From Eledone cirrhosa (lineage: Eukaryota): 64,000 nt of DNA. Position 1 is the first letter of the stretch, and every line of letters starts with the position of its first letter. The DNA lies in contig OZ024748.1 of assembly GCA_964016885.1 (NCBI GenBank), positions 28,024,001-28,088,000 on the forward strand, given 5' to 3'. The notes below the pieces were generated by a model. It did no database searches, was not told the origin of the DNA, and worked only from the letters and a program-made list of their open reading frames with translations. Shown here piece after piece: positions 1 to 13,400 of the stretch. A program made the translations under genes and the position numbers.

Positions 1-186
1 CCTCACTGACCTCTCCAAATTAAATTTGAAAAGGTCAGCCAGAGCTTGAGCTAAGAGGAATGTACGTATTTTCAGTCCTTTCAGTCCCGTGCACCGCACA
101 TCTTTCACCATAGACACCAGATGACTGCTATCCCTCCCCGTTAAAGGAGGGCGGTGGGGCTCAGTTGATAGCCGGATACATCCTAG
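1..186 (+). mobile_element. possible 3' terminus of a Helitron (continues off the left edge)
   Basis: Short hairpin GGCT-cagttgat-AGCC about 10 nt before CTAG|T at 183-187. The ending ccggatacatcCTAGt resembles the Helitron end at 42958 (ccgggtagctgCTAGt). No coding remnant seen. Confidence 0.3.
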
Positions 187-329
187 TAATACACATACTA
201 ATGTTAACAATGATGGTGATGATGATCATAATAATGATGGTGATTGCGGTTGTAGTGGGTCTGATGGTATTTGCAGTTGTGGTGTTGATGGATATAGTGG
301 TGCTGATCAAGATAGAAATGAAGGTATTG

Positions 330-1435
330 GCGGTAGTATTGGTGTCTGTAGATGTGGTAGTACTGGTGTCTGTAGAGGTGGTAGTACTGGTGTCTGTAGA
401 GGTGGTAGTACTGGTGTCTGTAGAGGTGGTAGTACTGGTGTCTGTAGAGGTGGTAGTACTGGTGTCTGTAGAGGTGGTAGTACTGGTGTCTGTAGAGGTG
501 GTAGTACTGGTGTCTGTAGATGTGGTAGTACTGGTGTATGTAGAGGTGGTAGTACTGGTGTCTGTAGAGGTGGTAGTACTGGTGTCTGTAGAGGCGGTAG
601 TACTGGTGTCTGTAGAGGTGGTAGTACTGGTGTCTGTAGAGGCGGTAGTACTGGTGTCTGTAGAGGTGGTAGTACTGGTGTCTGTAGAGGCGGTAGTATT
701 GGTGTCTGTAGAGGTGGTAGTACTGGTGTCTGTAGAGGCGGTAGTACTGGTGTCTGTAGAGGCGGTAGTACTGGTGTCTGTAGAGGCGGTAGTACTGGTG
801 TCTGTAGAGGTGGTAGTACTGGTGTCTGTAGATGTGGTAGTACTGGTGTATGTAGAGGCGGTAGTACTGGTGTCTGTAGAGGTGGTAGTACTGGTGTCTG
901 TAGAGGTGGTAGTACTGGTGTATGTAGAGGCGGTAGTACTGGTGTCTGTAGAGGTGGTAGTACTGGTGTCTGTAGAGGTGGTAGTACTGGTGTCTGTAGA
1001 GGCGGTAGTACTGGTGTCTGTAGAGGTGGTAGTACTGGTGTCTGTAGAGGCGGTAGTACTGGTGTATGTAGAGGTGGTAGTACTGGTGTCTGTAGAGGCG
1101 GTAGTACTGGTGTATGTAGAGGCGGTAGTACTGGTGTATGTAGAGGTGGTAGTACTGGTGTCTGTAGAGGCGGTAGTACTGGTGTCTGTAGAGGTGGTAG
1201 TACTGGTGTCTGTAGATGTGGTAGTACTGGTGTATGTAGAGGTGGTAGTACTGGTGTCTGTAGAGGTGGTAGTACTGGTGTATGTAGAGGTGGTAGTACT
1301 GGTGTCTGTAGAGGCGGTAGTACTGGTGTCTGTAGAGGTGGTAGTACTGGTGTCTGTAGAGGTGGTAGTACTGGTGTCTGTAGAGGTGGTAGTACTGGTG
1401 TCTGTAGAGGTGGTAGTACTGGTGTCTGTAGAGGT
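330..1435. repeat. 24-bp minisatellite (GTGGTAGTACTGGTGTCTGTAGAG)n
   Basis: Tandem 24-bp unit read directly, with recurring variants GCG, TAT and GAT; source of the spurious [11 protein letters not shown]. Confidence 0.95.
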
Positions 1436-1459
1436 ATTAGGGAGTCTTCATACAGTCAC

Positions 1460-1608
1460 ATACATACATAGAAAAATACATACTTATATAGATACATATA
1501 TACATATATACATACATATAAACATACATACAATTATATATACATACAAACACATATACAAACATACATACATCCATACATATATACATGCATACATGCA
1601 TACAAATA

Positions 1609-1650
<42 letters not shown>

Positions 1651-1792
1651 CATGCACATATACAAACATACATACATATATATATATATATAAATTTACA
1701 TACATATATACATATATATCTAAACATATACAAAACATATATATATATACATACATATATATATATGTATATATATATATACATATATATAC

Positions 1793-1825
<33 letters not shown>

Positions 1826-1826
1826 C

Positions 1827-1875
<49 letters not shown>

Positions 1876-1876
1876 C

Positions 1877-1921
<45 letters not shown>

Positions 1922-1938
1922 CATATATATATATATAC

Positions 1939-2021
<83 letters not shown>

Positions 2022-2130
2022 AACCTATTCAAACATAGATACATGCATACATATTTATATACAAAAATACATACATATATACATATATATAAACATACAT
2101 ACATGCATACATAAATTTATACATACATAA
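1460..2130. repeat. (TA)n/(TACA)n compound microsatellite
   Basis: Direct observation. Confidence 0.95.
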
Positions 2131-2739
2131 AGCCATACGCACATACACTATAATAAGCCACCCATTTCATCTGACCACCCCCCTCCGCGACCCTACCCCG
2201 TACAAAACGATACGACATGGAGGACATTCAATTATAAACCAAAATTATGAATCGTAGATTTCAATTAAGATTCCCAGAACATCACACGTGTGCTCCACAC
2301 GCCGCTCCACACCACGCTACCCCACGCTACACCACGCCATATTATACCACTCCACACTACGCCACGCCATGCCACGTCACGACAAAACTTATCTAGGCAC
2401 TTCCTTTCCATCACAACACAGAAAAATATTACACCAAATTCCACCCGTAGCACCCCAACCGATACCACGCCCAGCCCCGCACCAATGCGTCCCTCCCATA
2501 AAAAAAAACTGTACTCGTTATCACATCATATGCACCCACTTACAACATGGTCACTTTTATTTGCTAGAAATAGCAGACATGTCTTTATCTGAATTACACT
2601 CGACCAATACATTTGGATGCTGTGGCTCTTGTTACTACGATGTGTGTGGCAGGGAGGCATTAGAAAAAGGCGGCGTGTTCAAGGTTGGAAGGACTTTGAT
2701 TATATATGTCTCTTGGATCAGGGCTGACAGGGTAGCTCT

Positions 2740-2836
2740 AAACAACAACAATAGCAACAACAACGACTACGAAAAAGACAATACCGACGACAACGACAAC
2801 AACAACAACAACAACAACAACAACAGCAGCAGCAGC

Positions 2837-2927
<91 letters not shown>

Positions 2928-2993
2928 ATAGCAACAACAACGACTACTAAAAAGACAATACCGACGACAACGACAACAACAACGACAACAACG

Positions 2994-3024
<31 letters not shown>

Positions 3025-3095
3025 CGACAATGACAACAACAACAACAACAACAACAACAATAGCAACAGCAACAACAACGACAACAACAACAACG

Positions 3096-3154
<59 letters not shown>

Positions 3155-3512
3155 AGCAACAACAACGACTACGAAAAAGACAATACCGACGACAACAACA
3201 ACGACAACAACGACAACAACAACAACAACGACGACAACGACAACAACGACGACAACGACAACAACAACGACAACGACAACAACAACAACGACAACAACAA
3301 TAACAACAACAACAACAACGACAACGACTACAACAACAACGACAACAACGACGACAACAGCAACAACAACAACAACAACGACAACGACAACAACAACATC
3401 ACCGACAACAACATCACCGACAACAACAACAACAACGACAACAACAACAACGACAACAACGACAACAACAACAACGACAACAACAACAACAACGACAACA
3501 ACAACAACAACA
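2740..3512. repeat. (AAC/GAC)n trinucleotide array with a thrice-repeated internal motif
   Basis: AAC runs; the motif AATAGCAACAACAACGACTAC(G/T)AAAAAGACAATACCGACGAC occurs at about 2750, 2926 and 3152. Confidence 0.9.
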
Positions 3513-3828
3513 GCTGTACATGTCACTTGTTCTCTTTTCATGGTTTGTTAATTCGAAATATTTGCAGCAAAAAGCTCCGAATGACAAAGTTGACAGAGGG
3601 CGAATCATGGGTGGTTTCAACCGTTCGTTTGTATCTAGGTGACCCCAGGGGGTGAGAATACTTCAAGTTCAATCCAATCCAGGGCCTTTCTCTCTATTGT
3701 TGGAGGAAATCCCCCCCCCCCCCCTCCCCTGGTTGAATCCCCTGCTTTCTGTTTGGTTCTGGTCATGTCAACAGTAGTGTAGCCGTACTTGACCAAATGC
3801 GGGTTTGTGAGGCTATTGAAACTATAGT

Positions 3829-3891
<63 letters not shown>

Positions 3892-4002
3892 GAGAGGGCG
3901 GCGGTGATTCTGAAGAATGTTTCCAATACTTGGATGGCTTACAAAGCATTGGGATATTTGAAATTGGAAAATAGAGTGATTACAATGCAGATAACTATAT
4001 AT

Positions 4003-4188
4003 AATTGTTTCTACTTTAGGCACAAGGCCAGCAACTACCCAGTGCATTACTGGTACTTTATTTTATCGACCCCGTAAGGATGAAAGGCAAAGTCAACCTC
4101 GGCGGGATTTGAACTCAGATCGTAAAGGGACGTAACTATGCTGGAAAGCATGGCGTCCGCCCCTCTACCGATACTGCCAAGCCACCGT
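4003..4188 (-). mobile_element. tRNA-derived SINE (octopus-type family, several copies in window)
   Basis: Minus strand shows an A-box-like TGGCAGTATCGG and B-box GAGTTCAAATCC. The body GCCTTTCATCCTTACGGGGTCGATAAAATAAAGTACCAGT is shared with copies at 26.1, 26.3, 33.3, 33.5, 40.7 and 43.1 kb. Confidence 0.85.
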
Positions 4189-4897
4189 TGTATAAAACAT
4201 GTATAGTACCCTTGGAAAAGAAAAATACGGACTCTTTTTTGGCTCCAGCAATACTTTACCCCTATTTATATAGTCGCTACAATGCAGATACCTATAACAA
4301 TAGTTGATAACTATAAATAATACTTGAACAAATCACGTATGAGGATGAAAAGTGAACTCTTTTTCCAGATCTGGGAATACTTTATTCCTATTTATTCAAC
4401 TAACATCTATAGTTCTTTGTCCACCATCTTTCCCTTTCCAGGAACATTTTACCCGATTTATTGGACTATCATTAATAGAAATCAACTATTATTCTAGATA
4501 TTTGCATTGGCACGACAATATTTTCGATGTTTTTCTTTTTGTTCTTTTACACACCCGCATTCCACTCTTCTATGTGTAAGTAGATAATTTCACGTGTCAG
4601 ATAAAGTATTGGGTATATTTTGGGTCGTTCATGGGATTGGTACATCTGTGGCACATTGCACATTACTCTACCGTTGGTGGGGGTGGTGGTGGTGGCGGTG
4701 GGGGTGGAGGGGTGACGGTGATGGGGTGGGGGGTCATGGTGGTGGTGGTGGTGGTGGTGGTGATGGTGGTGGTGGTGGTGGGGGTCACCAATTGTGATTC
4801 ATTACCGATATATGATAAACGATAAGAAACTTGCAAAACAAAATTGCAGACCATATATATACATATATATGGAGGGGGGGGCGTGGGGGGGGGGGGC

Positions 4898-4941
<44 letters not shown>

Positions 4942-4986
4942 ATATGTATATATATATATGCGTAATATATGTATATATATGTATAC

Positions 4987-5052
<66 letters not shown>

Positions 5053-5149
5053 CATATATATACATATGTATATATATATATATGTATATTGGAGTGTATG
5101 GATGAGAATGTGTTTAATATTTTCTTTATGGTAATAAATTCAGTGCGTG

Positions 5150-5192
<43 letters not shown>

Positions 5193-5719
5193 ATCCATAC
5201 AAAAGAAAGTGAAAGAGGGGGGGGGGGGTTAGAGAGAGTGGAAGTGATTTCCTAGTTTTAGCCTCCCATCCTGGGTCATGGTGAAATAACCAGTTGATTG
5301 TATTGATGGGTTGAGATCGATACTAACACAGACATAATGGCTGGTAGATCTCTTTAATGAAACAACCGATCACCTCTCTACATTTCCCTATTCCCCACCC
5401 TCACCACTGGCTATCTCTTTCATTCTACCTCCCTCCACCTCTATCACCTCACCCTCTCTCCACCTCTTTCTTCACCTCTCCTTCTCTCTCTCTCCCACCT
5501 TGACCTCTCTCTCCACTTCTCTCTTCACCTCTCCATCTCTCTCTCCATCTCTCTCTCGCTCTGTCCACCCCACCCTCTCTCTCTCTCTCTTTCTATAAAT
5601 CTTTCTGCTTCTCTCTCTCTCTCTCTCTCTCTCTCTTGCCAATCACATCTACCTTTCCTCTCCATCCTCCTTTCCTTGTTTTCTGCCTTTCTACACCGTT
5701 TTCTCTCTCTCACTTAAAA

Positions 5720-5811
<92 letters not shown>

Positions 5812-5890
5812 TTTAGGCAGTTACTCTCCACTTGAAGCACTCACAAAAAAAGAAAAACAAAAGAAAATTGCATGAATTGATGGATGGATA

Positions 5891-5970
5891 GGTATGTAAG
5901 TGTATGTAAGTGTATGTAAGTGTATGTAAGTGTATGTAAGTATGTATGTATGTATGTATATAAGTGTATG

Positions 5971-6001
<31 letters not shown>

Positions 6002-6138
6002 GTGTATGTAAGTGTATGTAATTGTATGTATGTATGTATGTATGTATGTATGTATGTATGTATGTATGTGTATGTATGTGTATGTATGTATGTATGTAAG
6101 TGTATGTAAGTGTATGTAAGTGTATGTATGTATGTATG

Positions 6139-6169
<31 letters not shown>

Positions 6170-6180
6170 GTGTATGTATG
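5891..6180. repeat. (TATG)n/(TAAGTGTATG)n microsatellite abutting the 3' end of the R4-like element
   Basis: Direct observation; a second (TATG)n tract lies at about 8506-8615 on the other side of the element. Confidence 0.9.
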
Positions 6181-8506
6181 TTTTCTCTTTCTCTTAATTT
6201 CGAGTATATTTTTTTGACCGGCCACCTTCCTGGTGGCAAGGTTGTAAAAGAAAAGAAATTGTCATCCCTTGAATCGCAAGAATGTTTTGCATATTTTGAA
6301 GGTGCCAGCTATCGCAGCCATTTGTAGACGATGAATTAGGGAGCTGCGCTTTTTGTCCGCAAATCCAAGTTCGGTCATACTTTGGTCCAAGCGGGTTGGT
6401 ATATAACCCGTAGCACCAATAATGATGGGTATGAAGCTAAAGGTGTATCTTGGATACTGGATTTGTAAGCTCCTCATCAATGGTCCGTAGATGTCCTCCT
6501 TCTCCTGTATTTTTCTGACAACGTTTACATCAAGTGGGCAGCTGATCTCCACAACAGAACACGTTTTCAATGTGTGGTCCCAAACTACAATATCAGGCCG
6601 GTTGTGCTTTAATTTGGTGGCAGTTTTTATTTTCAGGTTCCACCAGTATTCCTTAGTGCCATCTGTCTCAATATATTCTTCCTCGTTTGTTGTTAATTTT
6701 GTTTTCCGAAGTGCGTTCCAGATAGTTCTAGCTATCCCATCGTGTCTCATGGGGAGGTAGTAGCGAGATGACATTATTTCGCAGCTGGCAACAATGTGGC
6801 TTACATCCTCGATCTTTGTTTTACATAGCCTACATTTATTGTCAGCTGCTGGCCCTCCTCTTTTGTGCAGCAGATATTTGGTAGGGAGTTCTTGTTCCTG
6901 TATTGCATACAGATATCCCTCAAGGTGTGATGTCATAAACTTGTCGGAACTCCATGCCAGGCTTTTTGAGTGGTTTATCCCCTCTATGGTCTGTGTTTTA
7001 CGCCTCAAGTATCCATGCACAACTTTCTCTGTAAATTGGTCAATTTTTTTTTCTTGTTTGAACATTGAATAGGATCTTCCGATTTCTCTGGGTGAGAGAT
7101 TTATATCAGGCTTTATTCCATATCTCTCCTCCAGATCAGTCGCTATTCTAATGATATTTCTTTTTTCATGCTCATAAACCTGAGCAAGATGGTCGCCAAC
7201 CTTTTTCCTCTGTTGAAGGTGTTGCTTCAGTGTTACTATCCGGGTCTCATATGTTGTTAATATTGATTTTTAGACCCCGGCCACCTTCCTTGCGTGAGAA
7301 GTATAGCCTATCCACATCACCATTGATGTTAAAGTTCCCAGTAACACTGAGAAGTTTTCGAGTTCTAACATCCATCTCACTTAGTTCTTGCAATGACCAG
7401 TTCAGTAGGCCAAATGTTGGCGTTAGAATTGGCACAGCATAGGTATTGTGGGCAATGTATTTGTTGTATGCTGACAGTTCTGATGACCATATTTTTTTTA
7501 CTCTTCTGAGGTATTCAGTTCTGGTTCTCTCCTTATTTATGGGTCCATCATATCTGACATTCTCATCCTGTCCAAGATATCTGTAGTTGTCACCTGACTG
7601 CAGAGGTTGTATTGTCAGGCCGTTCATCTCTAGATTTCTAGAGGAGGGCACAGCTCTTCCACGTTTTACTGCCAAATATGCACACTTGGACTCACCAAAT
7701 TTCATTTTGATGTCGGTTGAAAATTGTGTAATGAGGTCCAATTGTTTCTTGATGTCATTGATATTTGGCCCATACAACTTCAGGTCATCAACAAAGAAAA
7801 GATGGGAGATACTTCTGGGCCCACTTCTTTGTCCACCTTGTTTCCTGAGTAGGTAAGATAGTGGATTCAGTGAGAGAACGAAGAGTAGTACTGACAAGCT
7901 ATCACCCTGAAAGATGCCCTTCTGGTAATGTATCCTATCAGTCTTAACCTGCTCCTTCTCACCTCTAAGGATCAAATTGGTGTACCAGTTCTTGGTCAGG
8001 CGTTCAACAGCAGCTACTAATGGTTGTGGGACTTTAGCTAACTGTAAAGCCTTAATAATCCACCCATGAGGTACACTATCAAATGCTTTTTGATAGTCCA
8101 GCCACACGACAGTCATGTTTCTGCGATTCTTTGTTGTTTTTTCCTGAATCATTTTGTTAGTTAGTAGGTGATCTATGCAACCCCACACCTCCCTCTTTCC
8201 ACCAGCTTGCTCAGGTGTTATGATGTTGTTGGTAGCACAGTGATCCTGTAAGAACAGGTTAAGGCACCCAGTATATAATTTATACATGATGTTTTGGCAG
8301 GCAATTGGGCGGTAATTTTTAGCAAGGGTGGTTTGGCTATTTTTGGGAATGAGGAGAGTAGTGGCAGTTGATAACCATCTGGGCAGTTCTTGTGTGCCCT
8401 TAATGGTTTCTGTAAACAGCCGTATGAGATCTTGCCGATAGAAAGTGAAATTCTTCAACCAGTATCCTGTAATGAGGTCTGGGCCTGGCGATTTCCTATT
8501 CGACTG
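6181..8506 (-). mobile_element. 5'-truncated non-LTR retrotransposon with RT plus restriction-like endonuclease (R4/Dong-like clade)
   Basis: RT motifs KSPGPD, YRPIAC, DYQKAFDSVPH, GIFQGDSLS, HLFFVDDLKLY, YRYLG and GGRGL. C-terminal CRLC-x7-H-x4-C knuckle, RHD and PDIVV..VEISCP..K (PD-(D/E)xK). Short 3' UTR with a GCCACC-aggaa-GGTGGC hairpin. Confidence 0.9.
6262..8503 (-). pseudogene. RT-RLE polyprotein of the R4-like element (ORFs 7247-8458 and 6262-7065 joined by one frameshift)
   Basis: Removing one base from the A-run near 7267-7271 gives GGRGLKSILTTYETRIVTLKQHL..., which reads in frame into MFKQEKK. The N-terminus is lost by 5' truncation. Confidence 0.85.
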
Positions 8507-8688
8507 TATGTATGTATGTGTGTATGTATATGTATGTATGTATGTATGTATGTAAGTGTATGTATATGTCTGTATGTATGTATGTATGTATATGTATATG
8601 TATATGTATGTATGTAGAGCTAGATAGATATATATATTCTATTCATTTCTGAAGTTGGAAACTAAAATGGTATTATACCAGTTCCATC

Positions 8689-8737
<49 letters not shown>

Positions 8738-8740
<3 letters not shown>

Positions 8741-9040
8741 AAAGTTGGACGGGAACAAAAACAGAGAGGCATCAAATAAAGGTTTATATATATATAAATA
8801 CCGCTGGAGCCACTTTTTTAACATAAAAACAGGTAGAATTCCCAAAACTAATCAGATCAGAGCAAACATCACGGACGCTCTATCTCAAAATTATTTTTGA
8901 AAAGCATTAGAAATGAGCAACCGGTAAAACTTAAAACCAAAACTGAATACTAACCAATACTATTACTAATTCTCACTTATTCCTAATTAAACTATTTTTC
9001 ACTGTGATCAATTTGTCAGCATTTTCTATTCCGTTTACCA
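8738..9040 (+). mobile_element. possible decayed Penelope-like pLTR remnant in (TA)n
   Basis: Unique island flanked by (TA)n. It contains a degenerate hammerhead-like string at 8894-8929 (ttt-TTGAAAA-gcatt.aga.aatga-GCAAC-CG-GTA-aaa). Confidence 0.3.
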
Positions 9041-9473
9041 ATATATATATATATAAAATGTAAGTGAAAAAACTCTATTTATGGGAGTATAAGCTAGACA
9101 GACCCCCCAAAAAATGTTAGCCTCTCTCACTTATATATCTATCTCCCTGTTCAAGGTACAGCATACTGGATCGGCAACTGCTATGTAGAATTTCATGAAT
9201 TTTCATATATATGGTCTCTTTGAATTGAAGAATACTCCCCTGACGAATTCGTAAATTCTTCAAGTATTCATCTTTTCCAATAGTTGCTTCTTTCACGAAT
9301 GAAACCATGGTAGGATGATCGATATATAAGTGAGATAGACTAAATTTTGTTTGGTCTGTCTGGCTTATACTCCCATAAATAGAGGTTTTCACGTAAATTT
9401 AATATATTCTCTGATTGATATTTTATCTATATATCTTGTTCATTCATTGAGATGTTTAAGTATTAGAGACTAA

Positions 9474-9557
<84 letters not shown>

Positions 9558-9579
9558 TGTGCATGTGCGTGCGTGTGTG

Positions 9580-9658
<79 letters not shown>

Positions 9659-9924
9659 TTGCGTGTATTCGCACACGTTCATAAAACTCACGCTCTGCAC
9701 ACATCGCACCCACGCCTCACCCTCTATCTACCCCCCACCGCCACCACCCCTTCCATCAACGTCATAATGACATCAGAGTGTCATATATAAAGAATGAACG
9801 CCACATTCTACAACCACCACGTCACAAACAGTGTCGTGTAGACATGTGAGGGGCACAATACTACATGGTGCGATGTCCTACATGAAATCATATGCTGCAT
9901 GTGTCCATCTACTATGTACTACAT

Positions 9925-10278
9925 CAGAGGTTCTCAAAGTGGGCGCTACCATCCCCAGGGGGCATTGAGGAGGTCCAAGGGCGCGCTTGGGCCTAAGAGG
10001 GCGATGGGGGGTAGAGATGATATAATAGTATATTAAATATCAAATGATATCTATTATATATAAATATAGTAAAATAAAAAAAATATATAATATTTATTTA
10101 TACATAGTATATATTATATTATTTATAAATAAATTATATTATATATAAATTGACGATTTTATTTATTATATATTATTTACAATTTGCGTGAAGGTAGGTC
10201 TCTCTGGAAATAGGGGGGGGGTGATGGTATTACGTGGCGGTGTTGGGGGCGGTGGCCCCAAAAATTTGAGAACCTCTG
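9925..10278. mobile_element. hAT-superfamily MITE (354 bp)
   Basis: Perfect 14-bp TIRs CAGAGGTTCTCAAA / TTTGAGAACCTCTG; perfect 8-bp TSD TACTACAT at 9917-9924 and 10279-10286; AT-rich non-coding interior. Confidence 0.93.
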
Positions 10279-10499
10279 TACTACATGGGTTGTGGTATTA
10301 CATGCAGCTCCCGCAGCTATCACTGTCAATACCACCAACGTCACGAACACCATCACCACCACATACCACTACTACCACCAACATCCCCACCACATATCAT
10401 CACCACCTCCATCATCCCCACAACAACAACAGCACCGTCTAATATTCCTTAATTAGTTCAATGAGTGGTAGGGCTTGTTTTCTCTTAAATGTCAGTTTA

Positions 10500-13400
10500 A
10501 GTGGTGTTGGTGTTGGTAGCGGTTGAGGTGCTCGTGGTGGTGGTGATTGTGGTGGTGGCGGTTGTGGTGGTGGCGGTTGTGGTGGTGGCGGTTGTGGTGG
10601 TGGCGGTTGTGGTGGTGGCGGTTGAGGTGCTCGTGGTGGTGGTGATTGTGGTGGTGGCGGTTGTGGTGGTGGCGGTTGAGGTGCTCGTGGTGGTGGTGAT
10701 TGTGGTGGTGGCGGTTGTGGTGGTGGCGGTTGAGGTGCTCGTGGTGGTGGTGGTTGTGGTGGTGGCGGTTGTGGTGGTGGCGGTTGTGGTGGTGGTCGTG
10801 GTGGACATTGTGGTAGTGGTGGTGGTAGTCGTAGTAGTGGTGGTTGTGGTAGTAGTGGTGTTGTTGGTGGTGTTAGTGTTGGTGGTGTTGGTGGTGTTGG
10901 TGTTGGTGGTGTTGGTGTTGGTGGTGTTGGTGTTGGTGGTGTTGGTGGTGTTGGTGTTGGTGGTGTTGGTGTTGGTGGTGCTGGTGTTGGCGGTGTTGGT
11001 GGTGTTGGTGGTGTTGGTGTTGGTGTTGGTGTTGGTGGTATCAGTGGTGTTGGTAGTGTTGGTGGCGTTGGTAGTGGTGGTGGTGTTGGTTGTGTTGGTG
11101 GCGTTGGTAGTGTTGTTAGTAGTGGTGTTGGTTGTATTGGTGGTGTTGGTTGTGTTGTTGGTGTTGGTGGTGGTGTGTTGTTGTTGGTGGCGTTGGTTGT
11201 GTTGGTGGTGTTTTTAGTAGTGGTGTTGTTGGTGGTGTTAGTGTTGGTGGTGTTGTTAGTAGTGGTATTGGTGGTGTTGATTGTGTTGGTGGTGTTGTTA
11301 GTAGTGGTGTTGGTGGTGTTGGTGGTGTTGGTGGTGTTGCTAGTAGTGGTGTTGGTGGTGTTGGTGGTGTTGGTGGTGTTGTTAGTAGTGGTGTTGGTGG
11401 TGTTGATTGTATTGGTGGTGTTGTTAGTAGTGGTGTTGGTGGTGTTGATTGTGTTGGTGGTGTTGTTAGTAGTGGTGTTGGTGGTGTTGGTGGTGTTGGT
11501 GGTGTTGTTAGTAGTGGTGTTGGTGGTGTTGATTGTGTTGGTGGTGTTGTTAGTAGTGGTGTTGGTGGTGTTGATTGTATTGGTGGTGTTGGTGGTGTTG
11601 CTAGTAGTGGTGTTGGTGGTGTTGGTTGTATTGGTGGTGTTGTTAGTAGTGGTGTTGGTGGTGTTGATTGTGTTGGTGGTGTTGTTAGTAGTGGTGTTGG
11701 TGGTGTTGATTGTGTTGGTGGTGTTGTTAGTAGTGGTGTTGGTGGTGTTGATTGTGTTGGTGGTGTTGTTAGTAGTGGTGTTGGTGGTGTTGATTGTGTT
11801 GGTGGTGTTGTTAGTAGTGGTGTTGGTGGTGTTGATTGTGTTGGTGGTGTTGTTAGTAGTGGTGTTTGTGGTGTTGATTGTGTTGGTGGTGTTGTTAGTA
11901 GTGGTGTTGGTGGTGTTGATTGTGTTGGTGGTGTTGTTAGTAGTGGTGTTGGTGGTGTTGGTGGTGTTGGTGGTGTTGCTAGTAGTGGTGTTGGTGGTGT
12001 TGCTAGTAGTGGTGTTGGTGGTGTTGATTGTGTTGGTGGTGTTGTTAGTAGTGGTGTTGGTGGTGTTGATTGTATTGGTGGTGTTGTTAGTAGTGGTGTT
12101 GATTGGTGTTGGTTGTGTTGGTGGTGTTGTTAGTAGTGGGTGGTGTTGGTGGTGTTGATTGTGTTGGTGGTGTTGCTAGTAGTGGTGTTGGTGGTGTTGT
12201 TAGTAGTGGGTGGTGTTGTTAGTAGTGGTGTTGGTGGTGTTGGTGGTGTTGGTGGTGTTGTTAGTAGTGGTGTTGGTGGTGTTGGTGGTGTTGGTGGTGT
12301 TGTTAGTAGTGGTGTTGGTGGTGTTGGTGGTGTTGGTGGTGTTGTTAGTAGTGGTGTTGGTGGTGTTGATTGTATTGGTGGTGTTGTTAGTAGTGGTGTT
12401 GGTGGTGTTGATTGTGTTGGTGGTGTTGTTAGTAGTGGTGTTGGTGGTGTTGATTGTGTTGGTGGTGTTGTTAGTAGTGGTGTTGGTGGTGTTGATTGTG
12501 TTGGTGGTGTTGTTAGTAGTGGTGTTGGTGGTGTTGATTGTGTTGGTGGTGTTGTTAGTAGTGGTGTTGGTGGTGTTGGTGGTGTTGGTGGTGTTGTTAG
12601 TAGTGGTGTTGGTGGTGTTGATTGTGTTGGTGGTGTTGTTAGTAGTGGTGTTGGTGGTGTTGATTGTATTGGTGGTGTTGCTAGTAGTGGTGTTGGTGGT
12701 GTTGATTGTGTTGGTGGTGTTGTTAGTAGTGGTGTTGGTGGTGTTGATTGTGTTGGTGGTGTTGTTAGTAGTGGTGTTGGTGGTGTTGGTGGTGTTGGTG
12801 GTGTTGTTAGTAGTGGTGTTGGTGGTGTTGATTGTGTTGGTGGTGTTGCTAGTAGTGGTGTTGGTGGTGTTGATTGTGTTGGTGGTGTTGTTAGTAGTGG
12901 TGTTGGTGGTGTTGATTGTATTGGTGGTGTTGCTAGTAGTGGTGTTGGTGGTGTTGATTGTGTTGGTGGTGTTGTTAGTAGTGGTGTTGGTGGTGTTGAT
13001 TGTGTTGGTGGTGTTGTTAGTAGTGGTGTTGGTGGTGTTGGTGGTGTTGGTGGTGTTGTTAGTAGTGGTGTGGTGGTGTTGATTGTTGGTGGTGTGTTAG
13101 TAGTGGTGTTGGTGGTGTTGATTGTGTGGTGGTGTGTTAGTAGTGGTGTTGGTGGTGTTGGTGGTGTTGGTGGTGTTGTTAGTAGTGGTGTTGGTGGTGT
13201 TGATTGTGTTGGTGGTGTTGCTAGTAGTGGTGTTGGTGGTGTTGATTGTGTTGGTGGTGTTGTTAGTAGTGGTGTTGGTGGTGTTGATTGTATTGGTGGT
13301 GTTGCTAGTAGTGGTGTTGGTGGTGTTGATTGTGTTGGTGGTGTTGTTAGTAGTGGTGTTGGTGGTGTTGATTGTGTTGGTGGTGTTGTTAGTAGTGGTG

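Noticed and set aside
165-2130. 649-aa and YI/IY-rich ORFs
   Set aside because: Translations of a 24-bp minisatellite and (TA)n; no domain content.
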